A DNA stretch of 64,000 bases from an uncultured Allofournierella sp. (lineage in GTDB: Bacteria > Bacillota > Clostridia > Oscillospirales > Ruminococcaceae). Positions 28,395 to 38,845 of the stretch are shown here, piece by piece. The stretch covers positions 56,104 through 120,103 of the forward strand of contig CALWNI010000001.1 of NCBI GenBank assembly GCA_944382775.1, given 5' to 3'. The first letter of the stretch is position 1; the number at the start of each line of letters is the position of its first letter. The position numbers were made by a program, and so were the translations under genes. The notes under the pieces were generated by a model. The model did no database searches, was not told the origin of the DNA, and saw only the letters and a list, made by a program, of their open reading frames with translations.

Positions 28395-29276
28395 TTAGGA
28401 TTCCATACCGCGGTGGCGGTAAAATTCAATTAAGGCTTGGGTTCCTTCTTCCGATCCGCCCTGTTCTGCAAAGGCTTGGTATAGGTTTAATACACTGTCC
28501 AACATATCCAGTTCAATGCCGTTTGCCTGCGCTTCCTGCTGTACAATTTTCATGTCTTTGATAAAATGCTTTACAAAAAAGCCGGGGGCAAAATCACCCT
28601 GTAACGCACGGGGTGCCATGTTGGCAATCTGCCAGCTTCCGGCAGCACCACCGCCAATGGCATTGAGCATTTTTTGCGGGTCAAGACCTGCTTTTTCGGC
28701 ATATAAAATGGCTTCGGTATAGGCGGCAGTGGCACCGGCAACCGCAATTTGATTGCAGGCTTTGGTGTGCTGACCAAACCCGGCAGGGCCCATGTGCAGA
28801 ATGGTCTTGCCCATACATTGCAGCAATGGCAGAGCCTGCTCAAATACGGCTTCATCGCCGCCAACCATAATGGACAAGGTTCCCTCACGGGCACCCTTAT
28901 CACCGCCCGAAACAGGGGCATCCAACACAAAGATTCCCTTTTCTTTGCCGCGTTCATACAAGGTTTGGGCCAAGGTAGGGCTGGAGGTGGTCATGTCCAC
29001 CACAACGGTACCGGGGGCGGCATGCTCCAAAATTCCGCCAGTGCCGCAAAATACCTGTTCCACGTCGGCAGGGTAGCCCACCATAACAAAAACAAAGTCC
29101 GCTTGGTCTACGGCTTCGGCAATGGTGCGGCAGGGGGTATACCCCAAGGTTTTTGCCTGTTCACATACTACCTCGTAGCGGCGGCTGTATGCCTTTACCG
29201 AATAGCCTGCCTTTACCAGATGACCGGCTTGCTGGCTGCCCATAACACCGGTGCCAATCCATGCAACTGTTTTCAT
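28395..29276 (-). CDS. NAD(P)-dependent oxidoreductase, 3-hydroxyisobutyrate dehydrogenase / tartronate semialdehyde reductase family
   Basis: WIGTGVMG, DMTTSSP, LDAPVSGGD.GA..GTLSIMVGG, GQHTKACNQ, FIKDM. Confidence 0.9.
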   Translation of the reverse strand: MKTVAWIGTGVMGSQQAGHLVKAGYSVKAYSRRYEVVCEQAKTLGYTPCRTIAEAVDQADFVFVMVGYPADVEQVFCGTGGILEHAAPGTVVVDMTTSSPTLAQTLYERGKEKGIFVLDAPVSGGDKGAREGTLSIMVGGDEAVFEQALPLLQCMGKTILHMGPAGFGQHTKACNQIAVAGATAAYTEAILYAEKAGLDPQKMLNAIGGGAAGSWQIANMAPRALQGDFAPGFFVKHFIKDMKIVQQEAQANGIELDMLDSVLNLYQAFAEQGGSEEGTQALIEFYRHRGMES

Positions 29277-29299
29277 AGCAATTTCTCCCTACATTAAAA

Positions 29300-30673
29300 T
29301 TATGTGTTATCTCTTGTAACCACGCGAATCCAGCGGCCGCTTTTCAGACGAATCAGGCCCACAATGCTTTTAACGATATTATCACACCGCAGCAAGAAAA
29401 ATACCACCGGCGCACTGAAATGAAACACAAAAGCACCCAGTACACCAAGCGGAATAGCAAGGCCCCATAAAAAGCCGCTGTCCAAAATCAAGTTGGTGCG
29501 AACATCACCGCCGCCACGCAAAACGCCGATAATCATTACCGTACTTACTGCCTGGAAGGGCTGCATCAAGGCTAAGATGCCCAGCATGGAAAAGGCGGTG
29601 TCGTATGCCAGCTGGCTTACGTTGTACATGCTTAAAAAATAGGGGCGAATCGTCAAAAGCACGCTCATGCAAACAAAGCTTAAAGCAAGACCAACCAAAA
29701 CCGAGCTATTGGCAGCACGGTGGGCATCGGAAAAACGGCCTTCGCCAATGGTTTTACCAACCACAACGGCACTGGCAGCAGCCATACCAAAGGTGAATAC
29801 GCTGACCAGCTGGTTTAATACGCTCACAATGCTCATGGCACTGGTGTAGCTTGCACCCATGCGCCCAATGATTAAATTCAGCAAAGAAAAACCAACACCC
29901 CAAAGCAGCTCGTTGCTTACAACCGGCAGGCTGTTCTTTAAGTAGTCTTGTGCAAGGCCGCTTTTTAAGTTAAGCAGCCAACGGGGGGTAAAGCAAACCT
30001 TTTTTTCAATAAAGCACATGTAAAAAATGGTGGCGCAGCATTCAAACAAACGCGCCATAATGGTGCCAAAGGCGGCACCCCGTACACCCCATGCAGGGGC
30101 ACCCAATTTACCAAAGATAAAACAGTAGTTGAAAAATACGTTGATAAAAAAGCTACTGGAATAAATCACCATGCTGATGCGTACCTGTTCCACCGCGCGC
30201 AAACACATAATGTAGCAGTTGGAAAAGCTGAACAGCACAAAGCTAATGGACAGCAGGCTCAGATACTCGGCACCGGATGCAATTACAGCGGCATCTTTGG
30301 TATAAAGGCTGATGACTTGACGGGGAAAAAAGTGGCCGACCAAAGCAAATAGGCTGGAAGCCACTAAAACAATCCGCAAAGTTAGGGCGAAAATTTGCCG
30401 AATACGCAGCATATCTTTTTTACCCCAATATTGCGAAATCAAAACGGCGGCACCGCTGGCAAAGCCAAAGCCCAACACATCCAAAATGGTAAAAAGCTGA
30501 CCGCCCAAGTTGGCCGAAGCAATTGCAACGTCGCCCAATTGACCCAACATAATGGTGTCCATCATATTTACACTTAAACTGATTACGTTTTGCAACGCAA
30601 TGGGAATGGTAATGGCAAGCATATGCTTGTAAAAAGACCAGTCGGTGTAAAAAAACTTACGAAATTGTTGCAT
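29300..30673 (-). CDS. MATE family efflux transporter
   Basis: IPIALQN...MMDTIMLGQLG, ISQYWG, GVRGAAFGT, GVLRGGGD; about 12 TM. Confidence 0.92.
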   Translation of the reverse strand: MQQFRKFFYTDWSFYKHMLAITIPIALQNVISLSVNMMDTIMLGQLGDVAIASANLGGQLFTILDVLGFGFASGAAVLISQYWGKKDMLRIRQIFALTLRIVLVASSLFALVGHFFPRQVISLYTKDAAVIASGAEYLSLLSISFVLFSFSNCYIMCLRAVEQVRISMVIYSSSFFINVFFNYCFIFGKLGAPAWGVRGAAFGTIMARLFECCATIFYMCFIEKKVCFTPRWLLNLKSGLAQDYLKNSLPVVSNELLWGVGFSLLNLIIGRMGASYTSAMSIVSVLNQLVSVFTFGMAAASAVVVGKTIGEGRFSDAHRAANSSVLVGLALSFVCMSVLLTIRPYFLSMYNVSQLAYDTAFSMLGILALMQPFQAVSTVMIIGVLRGGGDVRTNLILDSGFLWGLAIPLGVLGAFVFHFSAPVVFFLLRCDNIVKSIVGLIRLKSGRWIRVVTRDNT

Positions 30674-30881
30674 AAATCCTCCTTTGCACACTGCATTCTT
30701 CCTTTTATATAACGTACTATATTACTATAGCATATTGTGAACAAAGGGTTTCGTCAATAGCGGATGGATTAGCACAAAAAGAAAGTATTTGCACAATCGG
30801 ACATTTTCCGATATACTACAAGCATAAGCCAATTGATGTTTGTGATTATCACAACCGATGCGCGAGAGGAGCAGGTGCAAA

Positions 30882-31784
30882 ATGGGGTATAAGCCACTGG
30901 AACTGGAAAAGGTAATTCGAATTGATAAAATTTATTCGGTACACTATTTTGAATATGGGCCAGACTATGCCTTTACCGGCGAAAGCCATGATTTTTGGGA
31001 GCTGGTATATGCGGATAAAGGCGAGGTATATGTAACCGCAGACGACCATGAATTGCTGCTGAAAAAGGGGCAGATGATTTTTCATAAACCGGGGGAATTC
31101 CACAACATTCGCGCCACAGGCAAAGATGCGCCCAACATTGTGATTGTATCCTTTGAGTGCAACAGCCCGGCGATGGAATTTTTCAATGGCCGTCAGGTGG
31201 CAGTGGGTGATTCCGAACGGGTGTTGATGGCACGCATTGTGGAAATGGCAGGGGCTGCATTCAGCACTCCGCTGGACGACCCTCTGGCGCAGGAATTGGT
31301 GCGCAAACCGGATGCTGCTTTTGGCGCAGAACAGGTGATTGGCCTTTCGCTGGAAACCATGCTGCTGGATATGATTCGCCGTGGCGACAACCCGGCAGTG
31401 GGTCGCCCCACCAGTTTGATTCGGGAGCGCAGCCAGAACGAGTTTTTGAATCGGGTACAAACCTATCTGGAAAATAACATTCAGCGCAGACTAACTTTGA
31501 GCGATATCTGTCGGGATAACTTGGTAGGACGCAGTTACTTACAAAAGGTATTTCGCGAAAAAACTGGCGGCGGTGCCATGGAGTATTTTGGCAACCTGAA
31601 GATTCAAAAGGCCAAAGAAATGATTCGCGAAGGCAGCCACAATTTTACCGAGATTGCATCTTTGCTGGGATACAACTCCATTCATTATTTTTCCCGCCAC
31701 TTTAAAAAGGTAACGGGAATGACCCCGTCGGAATATGCAAGCAGCGTTAAGGTGCTGGCACGCCGTGGCCGAGGGGAAGAGTAA
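30882..31784 (+). CDS. AraC family regulator with N-terminal cupin domain
   Basis: GESHDFWELVYADKG...HKPGEFH; C-terminal EIASLLGYNSIHYFSRHFKKVTGMTPSEY. Confidence 0.93.
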   Translation: MGYKPLELEKVIRIDKIYSVHYFEYGPDYAFTGESHDFWELVYADKGEVYVTADDHELLLKKGQMIFHKPGEFHNIRATGKDAPNIVIVSFECNSPAMEFFNGRQVAVGDSERVLMARIVEMAGAAFSTPLDDPLAQELVRKPDAAFGAEQVIGLSLETMLLDMIRRGDNPAVGRPTSLIRERSQNEFLNRVQTYLENNIQRRLTLSDICRDNLVGRSYLQKVFREKTGGGAMEYFGNLKIQKAKEMIREGSHNFTEIASLLGYNSIHYFSRHFKKVTGMTPSEYASSVKVLARRGRGEE

Positions 31785-31812
31785 TACAGCCAAAAGCGGT
31801 AGGAGGAATGTT

Positions 31813-32316
31813 ATGCTGCCATTTATCTTAGGGGCACTGGTGGTTATTCTGTTGGTGCTTTCGGTTTATTCCACCTTACAATCACGCAAACGGGACCAAG
31901 CTATGTTAGAGCGACGGGAACAAGAGCGAAAAACCCGGCGGTTTACCACAGGCTTGCCGGAAATGCATGGATTCCATACAAAAAACGATACCGGATTCTG
32001 GCAGCTTGTGTTGGACGGACAAGCCGCAACCGAGCCCACAGACTCGCAACAGCTGACCGAAGCGGTAGAAGCCTTGGGGCTAACCGCAGGCTATCTGCTG
32101 TTAACGCCGCCGCAGCCGATGCAGAATTGCTTAAACATGCGCATTACCCCAGACCCAAACGGGGGTATGGCGGTTTTGCTAACGCTACAGGCAGAAAATT
32201 CAGCGGTGGTTACCCGAGAAAACGGAGGACTGAGCAAGCCGCAGGCGGCAAAGATTCTTATTGATTTTTGGCAAGGGCAGATTCCTGCCGATGTGGACAG
32301 CTGGCAGCCGGCATAA
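31813..32316 (+). CDS. Hypothetical membrane-anchored protein
   Basis: AGGAGG RBS, N-terminal TM helix, terminator at 32317-32353. Confidence 0.7.
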   Translation: MLPFILGALVVILLVLSVYSTLQSRKRDQAMLERREQERKTRRFTTGLPEMHGFHTKNDTGFWQLVLDGQAATEPTDSQQLTEAVEALGLTAGYLLLTPPQPMQNCLNMRITPDPNGGMAVLLTLQAENSAVVTRENGGLSKPQAAKILIDFWQGQIPADVDSWQPA

Positions 32317-32384
32317 TAAAAAAGGTGTTACCAAACTTGGTAACACCTTTTTTACTCTCATTTTTGGAAAAGAGAAAGGAGGAA

Positions 32385-33122
32385 TCAGCCGCAGTAGCCT
32401 ACAGCCTTTGCCAGCTCCTCATCAATAACAACCACAACATTTTCATGCATCTTCAGCATGCTGCTGGGGTTTTGGGTGGTGATGACATTGTCCATAATCA
32501 GGCCTTTGATGGCATCGGTTTTGGCAAGGCCGGTGGCAATCAAAACAATGCATTTTGCAGCCATAATATCGCCCATGCCCATGGTAATGGCGGTGGTGGG
32601 CACATCTTCTTTCTTTTCAAAGAAACGGGCGTTTGCATTGATGGTGCTTTCGGTGAGTTTTTCCACATGGGCAACGCTGATTAAATGATCGCTGGCCTCG
32701 TTAAAGGCAATATGACCGTTGTTGCCAATGCCCAAAAGTTGCAGGTCTGCCACGCCGCCCTCACGCACTTTGGCTTCCAGCTCTGCGGCGTTGGCCTCGG
32801 CATCGCCCATGCCTTTTGCCACATAAGTATTGGCTTTGTCAATGTTGATGTGGTCGAACAGATTGGTATTCATAAAATACCGATAGCTTTGTTCGTGGGT
32901 TTCGGGAATTCCGCAGTATTCGTCCAGGTTTACGGTGCGCACCTGCGAAAAATCCACCTTGCCGGCCTGATTGGCTTGAATCAATTTTTGGTACATGGGT
33001 ACCGGGGTACCGCCTGTGGCTAGACCCAGCTTGCAATTGGGCTTATCGTTTACCAGCTTACAAATCATATCCGCCACATAGGCACAGCTTTCGTCGTAGC
33101 TTTTGGTAACAACAACATTCAT
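32385..33122 (-). CDS. nagB: Glucosamine-6-phosphate deaminase
   Basis: LGLATGGTP, NLDEY, SYRYFM, LLGIGNNGHIAFNE, NARFF, AITMG. Confidence 0.97.
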   Translation of the reverse strand: MNVVVTKSYDESCAYVADMICKLVNDKPNCKLGLATGGTPVPMYQKLIQANQAGKVDFSQVRTVNLDEYCGIPETHEQSYRYFMNTNLFDHINIDKANTYVAKGMGDAEANAAELEAKVREGGVADLQLLGIGNNGHIAFNEASDHLISVAHVEKLTESTINANARFFEKKEDVPTTAITMGMGDIMAAKCIVLIATGLAKTDAIKGLIMDNVITTQNPSSMLKMHENVVVVIDEELAKAVGYCG

Positions 33123-33280
33123 TGCAACACACTCCGTTTCTTCATTATAAAATGAATGATCTTCTGCTATAATCATACAGCGAAATACAAAAAATGAAAA
33201 TATCCCAAAAATGCAGAAATTTTGCACAAAAATTTTACGGATTTAAAAATGGTTCGGTAAAATATTGCACAATGATATGG

Positions 33281-34069
33281 TTAAACATAAAGTTCCTGCT
33301 CTAAGGGCAGATGTTCATCAAAAGGCTGCGGTACGGCAGTGGCGCGCCAGGCAGTTGGGCTTTGTCCTGTTACTTTTTTAAATACACGGCATAGATAGTT
33401 TGCGCCCGAAAATCCACACAGGCTTGCAATGACCTCTAGTGGATATTCCCGATGACACAAAAGCTGTTTAGCGGCATCAATGCGCACGTTGGTTAGGTAT
33501 TGCCCCGGTGGAATGCCCACCGCAGCTTTGAACACCCGCACCAGATGGCTTTTGCTTACCCCAAGGCTTTCGCTTAACTCCTCAACGCCGTACAAGCCGG
33601 CATAGTTTTCCCGCATATAGGCAATGGCGGTGGAAACCAGCGGTGGCAGGTGCGGCGCGGCAACGTCTGCGTTGGCACTTTCACACAAAAGCTGATAGCA
33701 AATTTCACTGGAACGTTGTAGCGGTACTCCGGCTGCCAATTGCGCCAGCAGCTCCGCTGCACCGGGGCAGGAAGTACCGTCGGCAAACATGGCATTTTCA
33801 AGCCCGTTGGCAAATGCGTCGGCGGCTTGCCCGGTAATGCGTACCGCAACCAGGTGACAGGCCGCAGTGGGAACCAGCCGAAGGGGGGAGATGCCCAGCA
33901 AAAGGCTGCCTGCACCTGCAAGCTGAGAGGCATCCTGCCCGGCAAGGGCACATTGACCGCTGGATAAAACACCAAGCCAAAGCCCGCTGCCTTTTAAGGT
34001 AAAAGGGTTGGAAAATTGCGTGTCCACCAGTTCGGCGGCGGCACAAAACAGGTTAAAATCAAAAATCAA
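33281..34069 (-). CDS. AraC family regulator
   Basis: LSESLGVSKSHLVRVFK...IASLCGFSGANYLCRVFKKVTGQSP double HTH. Confidence 0.88.
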   Translation of the reverse strand: MIFDFNLFCAAAELVDTQFSNPFTLKGSGLWLGVLSSGQCALAGQDASQLAGAGSLLLGISPLRLVPTAACHLVAVRITGQAADAFANGLENAMFADGTSCPGAAELLAQLAAGVPLQRSSEICYQLLCESANADVAAPHLPPLVSTAIAYMRENYAGLYGVEELSESLGVSKSHLVRVFKAAVGIPPGQYLTNVRIDAAKQLLCHREYPLEVIASLCGFSGANYLCRVFKKVTGQSPTAWRATAVPQPFDEHLPLEQELYV

Positions 34070-34191
34070 TTATTGACACCTCATATCAATAAAATGCTAT
34101 TTAAAAGCCGAAAAAGTCTGTTATTATTATAGTAACGAAACAAATACGCAGTCAAGCGTATCAATAAATGAAAATTAAGGAGTGTAGTCCC

Positions 34192-35304
34192 ATGGCAAGT
34201 ATCAGCTTACGGCATATTTATAAGATTTACCCCGGCGATGTTACTGCGGTTAAGGATTTCAACCTGGAAATCGCCGACAAGGAATTTATCATTCTGGTTG
34301 GTCCTTCCGGCTGTGGTAAGTCCACCACTCTTCGTATGATTGCAGGTCTGGAAGAAATCAGTAAGGGCGAGCTGTACATCGGCGACCGTTTGGTAAACGA
34401 TGTTGCTCCCAAGGACCGCGACATTGCAATGGTATTCCAGAACTACGCACTGTACCCCCACATGACCGTTTACAAGAACATGGCATTCGGCTTGGAGCTG
34501 CGCAAGGTTGACAAGGCCGAAATTGACAAGCGTGTTCGCGAAGCTGCACGCGTTTTGGACATTGAGCACCTGCTGGACCGCAAGCCCAAGGCTCTGTCCG
34601 GTGGTCAGCGTCAGCGTGTTGCCCTGGGCCGTGCAATGGTTCGTAATCCGGCTGTATTCCTGCTGGATGAGCCTCTGTCCAACCTGGATGCAAAGCTGCG
34701 TACCAGCATGCGTACCGAGATTATCAAGCTGCATCAAAAGCTGGCTACCACCTTTATTTACGTTACCCACGACCAGACCGAGGCTATGACCATGGGCGAC
34801 CGCATCGTGGTTATGAAGGACGGTATTGTACAGCAGGTTGATACTCCTCAGAACCTGTACGATTTCCCCATCAACATGTTTGTTGCCGGCTTTATCGGCA
34901 GCCCCCAGATGAACTTCTTGGATGCTACCCTGAACAAGGATGCAAAGGGCTATTACTTAGAGCTGTCCGGCGACAAGATTCTGTTGCCTGCTGAGAAAAC
35001 CGCAGACGGCAAACTGGACGCTTATGTTGGCAAAAAGATTAAGGCAGGCATTCGCCCTGAGGACATTAAGGACGATCCCGAGTTTATTGCAAAACACAGC
35101 GAGTGCAAGCTGGAAACCACCGTTGAAGTTTCCGAGCTGATGGGCTCCGAGATTTACCTGTACCTGGTATACAAGGGCAACAAGATGACCGCCCGTGTAG
35201 CACCCACCTCCAAGGCAAAGAACGGCAGCACCGTTACCGTTGCCTTTGACCCCCACAAGATTCATCTGTTCGATCCCGAAACCGAGCTGGCAATTTTGAA
35301 CTAA
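34192..35304 (+). CDS. msmX: Sugar ABC transporter ATP-binding protein (MsmX/MsmK type, stand-alone)
   Basis: [54 protein letters not shown]; no permease genes adjacent. Confidence 0.92.
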   Translation: MASISLRHIYKIYPGDVTAVKDFNLEIADKEFIILVGPSGCGKSTTLRMIAGLEEISKGELYIGDRLVNDVAPKDRDIAMVFQNYALYPHMTVYKNMAFGLELRKVDKAEIDKRVREAARVLDIEHLLDRKPKALSGGQRQRVALGRAMVRNPAVFLLDEPLSNLDAKLRTSMRTEIIKLHQKLATTFIYVTHDQTEAMTMGDRIVVMKDGIVQQVDTPQNLYDFPINMFVAGFIGSPQMNFLDATLNKDAKGYYLELSGDKILLPAEKTADGKLDAYVGKKIKAGIRPEDIKDDPEFIAKHSECKLETTVEVSELMGSEIYLYLVYKGNKMTARVAPTSKAKNGSTVTVAFDPHKIHLFDPETELAILN

Positions 35305-35353
35305 TCGGATACAACAAAAAGCACCGCCTGTTTGGGCGGTGCTTTTTGTTGTA

Positions 35354-36409
35354 TCAATGGGTGTATGTATCCAGTGTGGTTCCGGGATAATACCAGCTTA
35401 AAATATCTTGATAGCTGCTGCCTTGCTGTGCCATGGCCTGTGCACCGCATTGGCTTAACCCAACTCCGTGCCCATAGCCCTTTGTGGTAACCTGAAACCC
35501 GTTTTCGCCCAAAGCAATGGAAAAACAACTGCTGCGCAAGCCCAAGGCGGCACGCAGCTGTGTGCCCTTAATAAAAATGCCGCCCACCTGCATGGTGTCA
35601 ACGTATCCGGCAGGGGTCAGAGTGGATTCGCCAAACCATTCGGCGGGGTCCTTGTCCAAATCAATGCCGGCAAACTGGGTGGCAAGCATATCATACATTT
35701 GTTGGGTGGTGTATTCCACGGTTTCCAGATAGCCTTCGGCGGATAAATCCACGGAAGAATCCACCCCTTGCAGATAGGGCAATGCTTCGTTCCAAACCAA
35801 TTGGCTGGACTCGGTGTGCCCGTTGCTGATGGCGTGGTAACAGGCGGCTGCAGGTTCTCCGTTATAAAGAAGAACCGTGTCTTGTAAGGGTTCCAATAAT
35901 TCTTTTAAGCGTTGGTAGTTGGCTTCAAAGGCATCGCCCCAATAGCTTTGCAATACTTCTTTGCTCATATACCCTTGACGGCGTGCCGGGTCAACCGAAA
36001 ACCAAGCACCGTTCAGCCGTTCGGTGTCGGCATGATCCCGCTGATATAAGGCGTAACTATGCGCTGCAATGCCCTGCGCTTTTAAGGCTTCATCTGACCA
36101 GGTAATGGGCATCTCACTGGCAACGGCACCAATCATATAGTCCAATACGGGAACCGCAAGCACGGTGCCATCGGGTGCATTTTGTACATAAATCATCACT
36201 TCGGTGGCGGTTTCGCTGGCTTGAGATTCGGGCGAGGACTCGGCTTGTAACAAATCCGGCTGCGTGGTAAAAGGGTCGGAAACAGCCGAGGTGGAAAATC
36301 CGACGTTGGGCGGTTCAAACTCGGCCGCCGCAGGAAACAGCAGGCTTACCATGGGAAGACAGACTGTGAGAATTGCAAGAAGAAAAATAGGCAGAATGGT
36401 GCGTTTCAT
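35354..36409 (-). CDS. spoIID: Stage II sporulation protein D (lytic transglycosylase)
   Basis: YMIGAVASEMP..W..EALKAQ, YHAISNGHTE, PYLQGVDS, LGLRSSCF, GYGHGVGLSQCGA, ILSWYYPG. Confidence 0.9.
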   Translation of the reverse strand: MKRTILPIFLLAILTVCLPMVSLLFPAAAEFEPPNVGFSTSAVSDPFTTQPDLLQAESSPESQASETATEVMIYVQNAPDGTVLAVPVLDYMIGAVASEMPITWSDEALKAQGIAAHSYALYQRDHADTERLNGAWFSVDPARRQGYMSKEVLQSYWGDAFEANYQRLKELLEPLQDTVLLYNGEPAAACYHAISNGHTESSQLVWNEALPYLQGVDSSVDLSAEGYLETVEYTTQQMYDMLATQFAGIDLDKDPAEWFGESTLTPAGYVDTMQVGGIFIKGTQLRAALGLRSSCFSIALGENGFQVTTKGYGHGVGLSQCGAQAMAQQGSSYQDILSWYYPGTTLDTYTH

Positions 36410-36602
36410 TGATGTTTTACCTCCGTTTCGAGCAATTGGTTATGGCTGGAATCTGCTCTTGCTTTTTGATTCTAAAGTGTGTAAGATAAACTACAGATAC
36501 AAGGGGTCAAAGCCTGCTAAAACGAGTGTAAAAGCACAAAAGCAAAAAATACGCCGAAGCAGGTTCTTTGACAAGAAATGAAACAATAAGGGGAGTAATA
36601 AA

Positions 36603-37967
36603 ATGATTGAAAAACAAAATCAGCAAGCCCCCGATATGCAATTTCTATGCGAAGAGTATCTGAAAAATAACTACATTGACCCGGAAATCAGCGAACGGTT
36701 AGGGGTAAAACGGGGCCTTCGTAACCCGGACGGAACCGGAGTTCTGGCTGGGTTGACCAATATTTGTGACGTTGTTGGCTATCAGCGGGATGCAAACGGA
36801 ACGGTACTGCCTGCCCCGGGAAAACTGATTTATCGCGGGGTAGACATTAGCGAGCTGGTAAAAGAAGCCTATGACCACGACCGCTTTATTTTTGAAGAGG
36901 TAAGCTGGCTGCTTTTGTTTGGCAGTTTGCCTGGTAAAAGCGAGCTGGAGCAGTTCCAAAAAATTGTGGCGCAATATCACAATTTGCCCGTGGGGTTTGA
37001 AGAGGACGTTATCATGCGGTTGCCCAGCCCCAGTATTATGAACAAGATGGCGCAAAGCGTATTGGCGCTGTACAGCTATGACCCCGACCCGGAAAATTTG
37101 AGCTTGGAAAATTTAATGCGGCAGTCCATTCGTTTGATTGCAGGCCTGCCCAGCATTATGGTGAATGCTTATCAGCTGAAACGCAGGGTGTATGACCACC
37201 AAAGCATGTACTTTCATGTGCCCATTCCGGGGCAGAGCACCGCAGAACATATTCTGTCAACCTATCGTGCCGATCAAAAATTTACCCACGAAGAGGCAAA
37301 ATTACTGGATTTGTGCCTGTTGGTTCACGCAGACCACGGCGGTGGTAATAACTCGGCTTTTGCCTGCCGCGTGCTGTCCAGTTCCGGCACCGATACCTAT
37401 TCTTCCATTGCGGGTGCCATCGGTAGCTTAAAAGGGGCAAAGCATGGCGGTGCCAACCTAAAAGTAATGGAGCAGCTGCGCAATTTGCAGCAAAACATTG
37501 AAAATTATCGGGACGAAGACGAGGTGCGGGAATATCTGCGCAAGGTGATTCGCAAGCAGCAAGGCGATGGAACCGGTTTAATTTACGGCATGGGGCACGC
37601 CATTTATACCTTGAGCGACCCCAGAGCGGTGATTTTGCGGGAAAAGGCCGAACACTTGGCAATGGAAAAAGGCTTTGAACAAGAGTTTCATCTTTTGCGC
37701 TTGGTGGAAAAACTTGGCCCGGAAATTTTTGCACAGGAAAAAGGCAACAAAACCGTTTGCGCCAATGTGGACTTGTACAGCGGTTTGATTTACAAAATGT
37801 TAGGCATCAGCGAGGATTTGTATACGCCGCTGTTTGCCATTAGCCGTATTGCAGGTTGGTGTGCCCACCGCATTGAAGAAGTTGTGTTTGCCAATCGCAT
37901 CATTCGGCCTGCATATCATTATCTGGGTGTGCAGCAAAAATATATCAGTTTAGAGGAGCGGAAATGA
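36603..37967 (+). CDS. gltA: Citrate synthase (Si-type)
   Basis: HADHGGGNNS, GAKHGGAN, IYGMGHAIYTLSDPR, ANVDLYSG, RIAGWCAHRIEE, IIRP. Confidence 0.95.
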   Translation: MIEKQNQQAPDMQFLCEEYLKNNYIDPEISERLGVKRGLRNPDGTGVLAGLTNICDVVGYQRDANGTVLPAPGKLIYRGVDISELVKEAYDHDRFIFEEVSWLLLFGSLPGKSELEQFQKIVAQYHNLPVGFEEDVIMRLPSPSIMNKMAQSVLALYSYDPDPENLSLENLMRQSIRLIAGLPSIMVNAYQLKRRVYDHQSMYFHVPIPGQSTAEHILSTYRADQKFTHEEAKLLDLCLLVHADHGGGNNSAFACRVLSSSGTDTYSSIAGAIGSLKGAKHGGANLKVMEQLRNLQQNIENYRDEDEVREYLRKVIRKQQGDGTGLIYGMGHAIYTLSDPRAVILREKAEHLAMEKGFEQEFHLLRLVEKLGPEIFAQEKGNKTVCANVDLYSGLIYKMLGISEDLYTPLFAISRIAGWCAHRIEEVVFANRIIRPAYHYLGVQQKYISLEERK

Positions 37968-38731
37968 AACGGATTGTAACAATACTACTTATTTTGCTTT
38001 GTGTGGCAGCCGGTGCAGCACGTTGGCTGGATGTGGTGAACTACACCGATTTGACCACGGGCTTTGTAACTCACGGCAGCTATGTATGGCGCTATGTTGT
38101 GGCAGGTAGCATTACAGCGGTACTGATTTTGGTTAGCCTTACCGCACCCAAGCAGCCCCATGCATTGGATGGACAAAATAAAGCACAGGGTGTACTGGTT
38201 ACCATTTGCGGTATTCTGTTTGCAGCCTTGGGCGGTTTGGGCATTTATCAGTGTCAATTGCAAGACCGATTTGGTCTGCTGGTGCATATCCTGTACCTAT
38301 TCACCGGTTTGTGGATGTTATTGCTGGGCAAAACCCGCTTTACCGAAGTATTTGAAGCACCCAGCCGCAGTGCAATTTTGGGTGTGGTGGGCACCTTGTC
38401 CTTTTATTTGCTGGTTATCGAACGCTTTGGCCTTTCTCCTACGGGGATTGTGCGGGTTGGTACTACCTTACAAGGTTTGGCTGCATTGTCGGTTTTGCTG
38501 TTCTGTACAGCCCAGCTGAAATCTGCTTATGTACCCGGTGGCAAACGTGGTGCATGGGTATGGTTCACGGGTATGGCTGCATTTTTGTTTGCAACCTGTC
38601 TGGCATTGCCGGGGGTAATTTGTACCTACTGGGTAGGCCAGTCGGACTTTTTGCAGCTGTTGGAAGCAATTGCATTGGCAGTTGTGGGCGCAACGGGCGC
38701 AACCTATGCCGTTACCGTTATGGAATCGTAA
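37964..38731 (+). CDS. Hypothetical polytopic membrane protein
   Basis: About 8 hydrophobic segments; ATGA overlap with the gltA stop; terminator at 38731-38763. Confidence 0.75.
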   Translation: MKRIVTILLILLCVAAGAARWLDVVNYTDLTTGFVTHGSYVWRYVVAGSITAVLILVSLTAPKQPHALDGQNKAQGVLVTICGILFAALGGLGIYQCQLQDRFGLLVHILYLFTGLWMLLLGKTRFTEVFEAPSRSAILGVVGTLSFYLLVIERFGLSPTGIVRVGTTLQGLAALSVLLFCTAQLKSAYVPGGKRGAWVWFTGMAAFLFATCLALPGVICTYWVGQSDFLQLLEAIALAVVGATGATYAVTVMES

Positions 38732-38845
38732 TTAAAAAAAGCCGCCTTTGAGCGGCTTTTTTTAATAAAATATTGACAATGATGCTACAATAAACAATAG
38801 ATACGGCAACTATCGTTGAGTTCGATTGAAAGAAAGCAGAGGGAT

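Noticed and set aside
36410-36500. sigmaE promoter for spoIID
   Set aside because: Only a partial CATA match; cannot be placed with confidence
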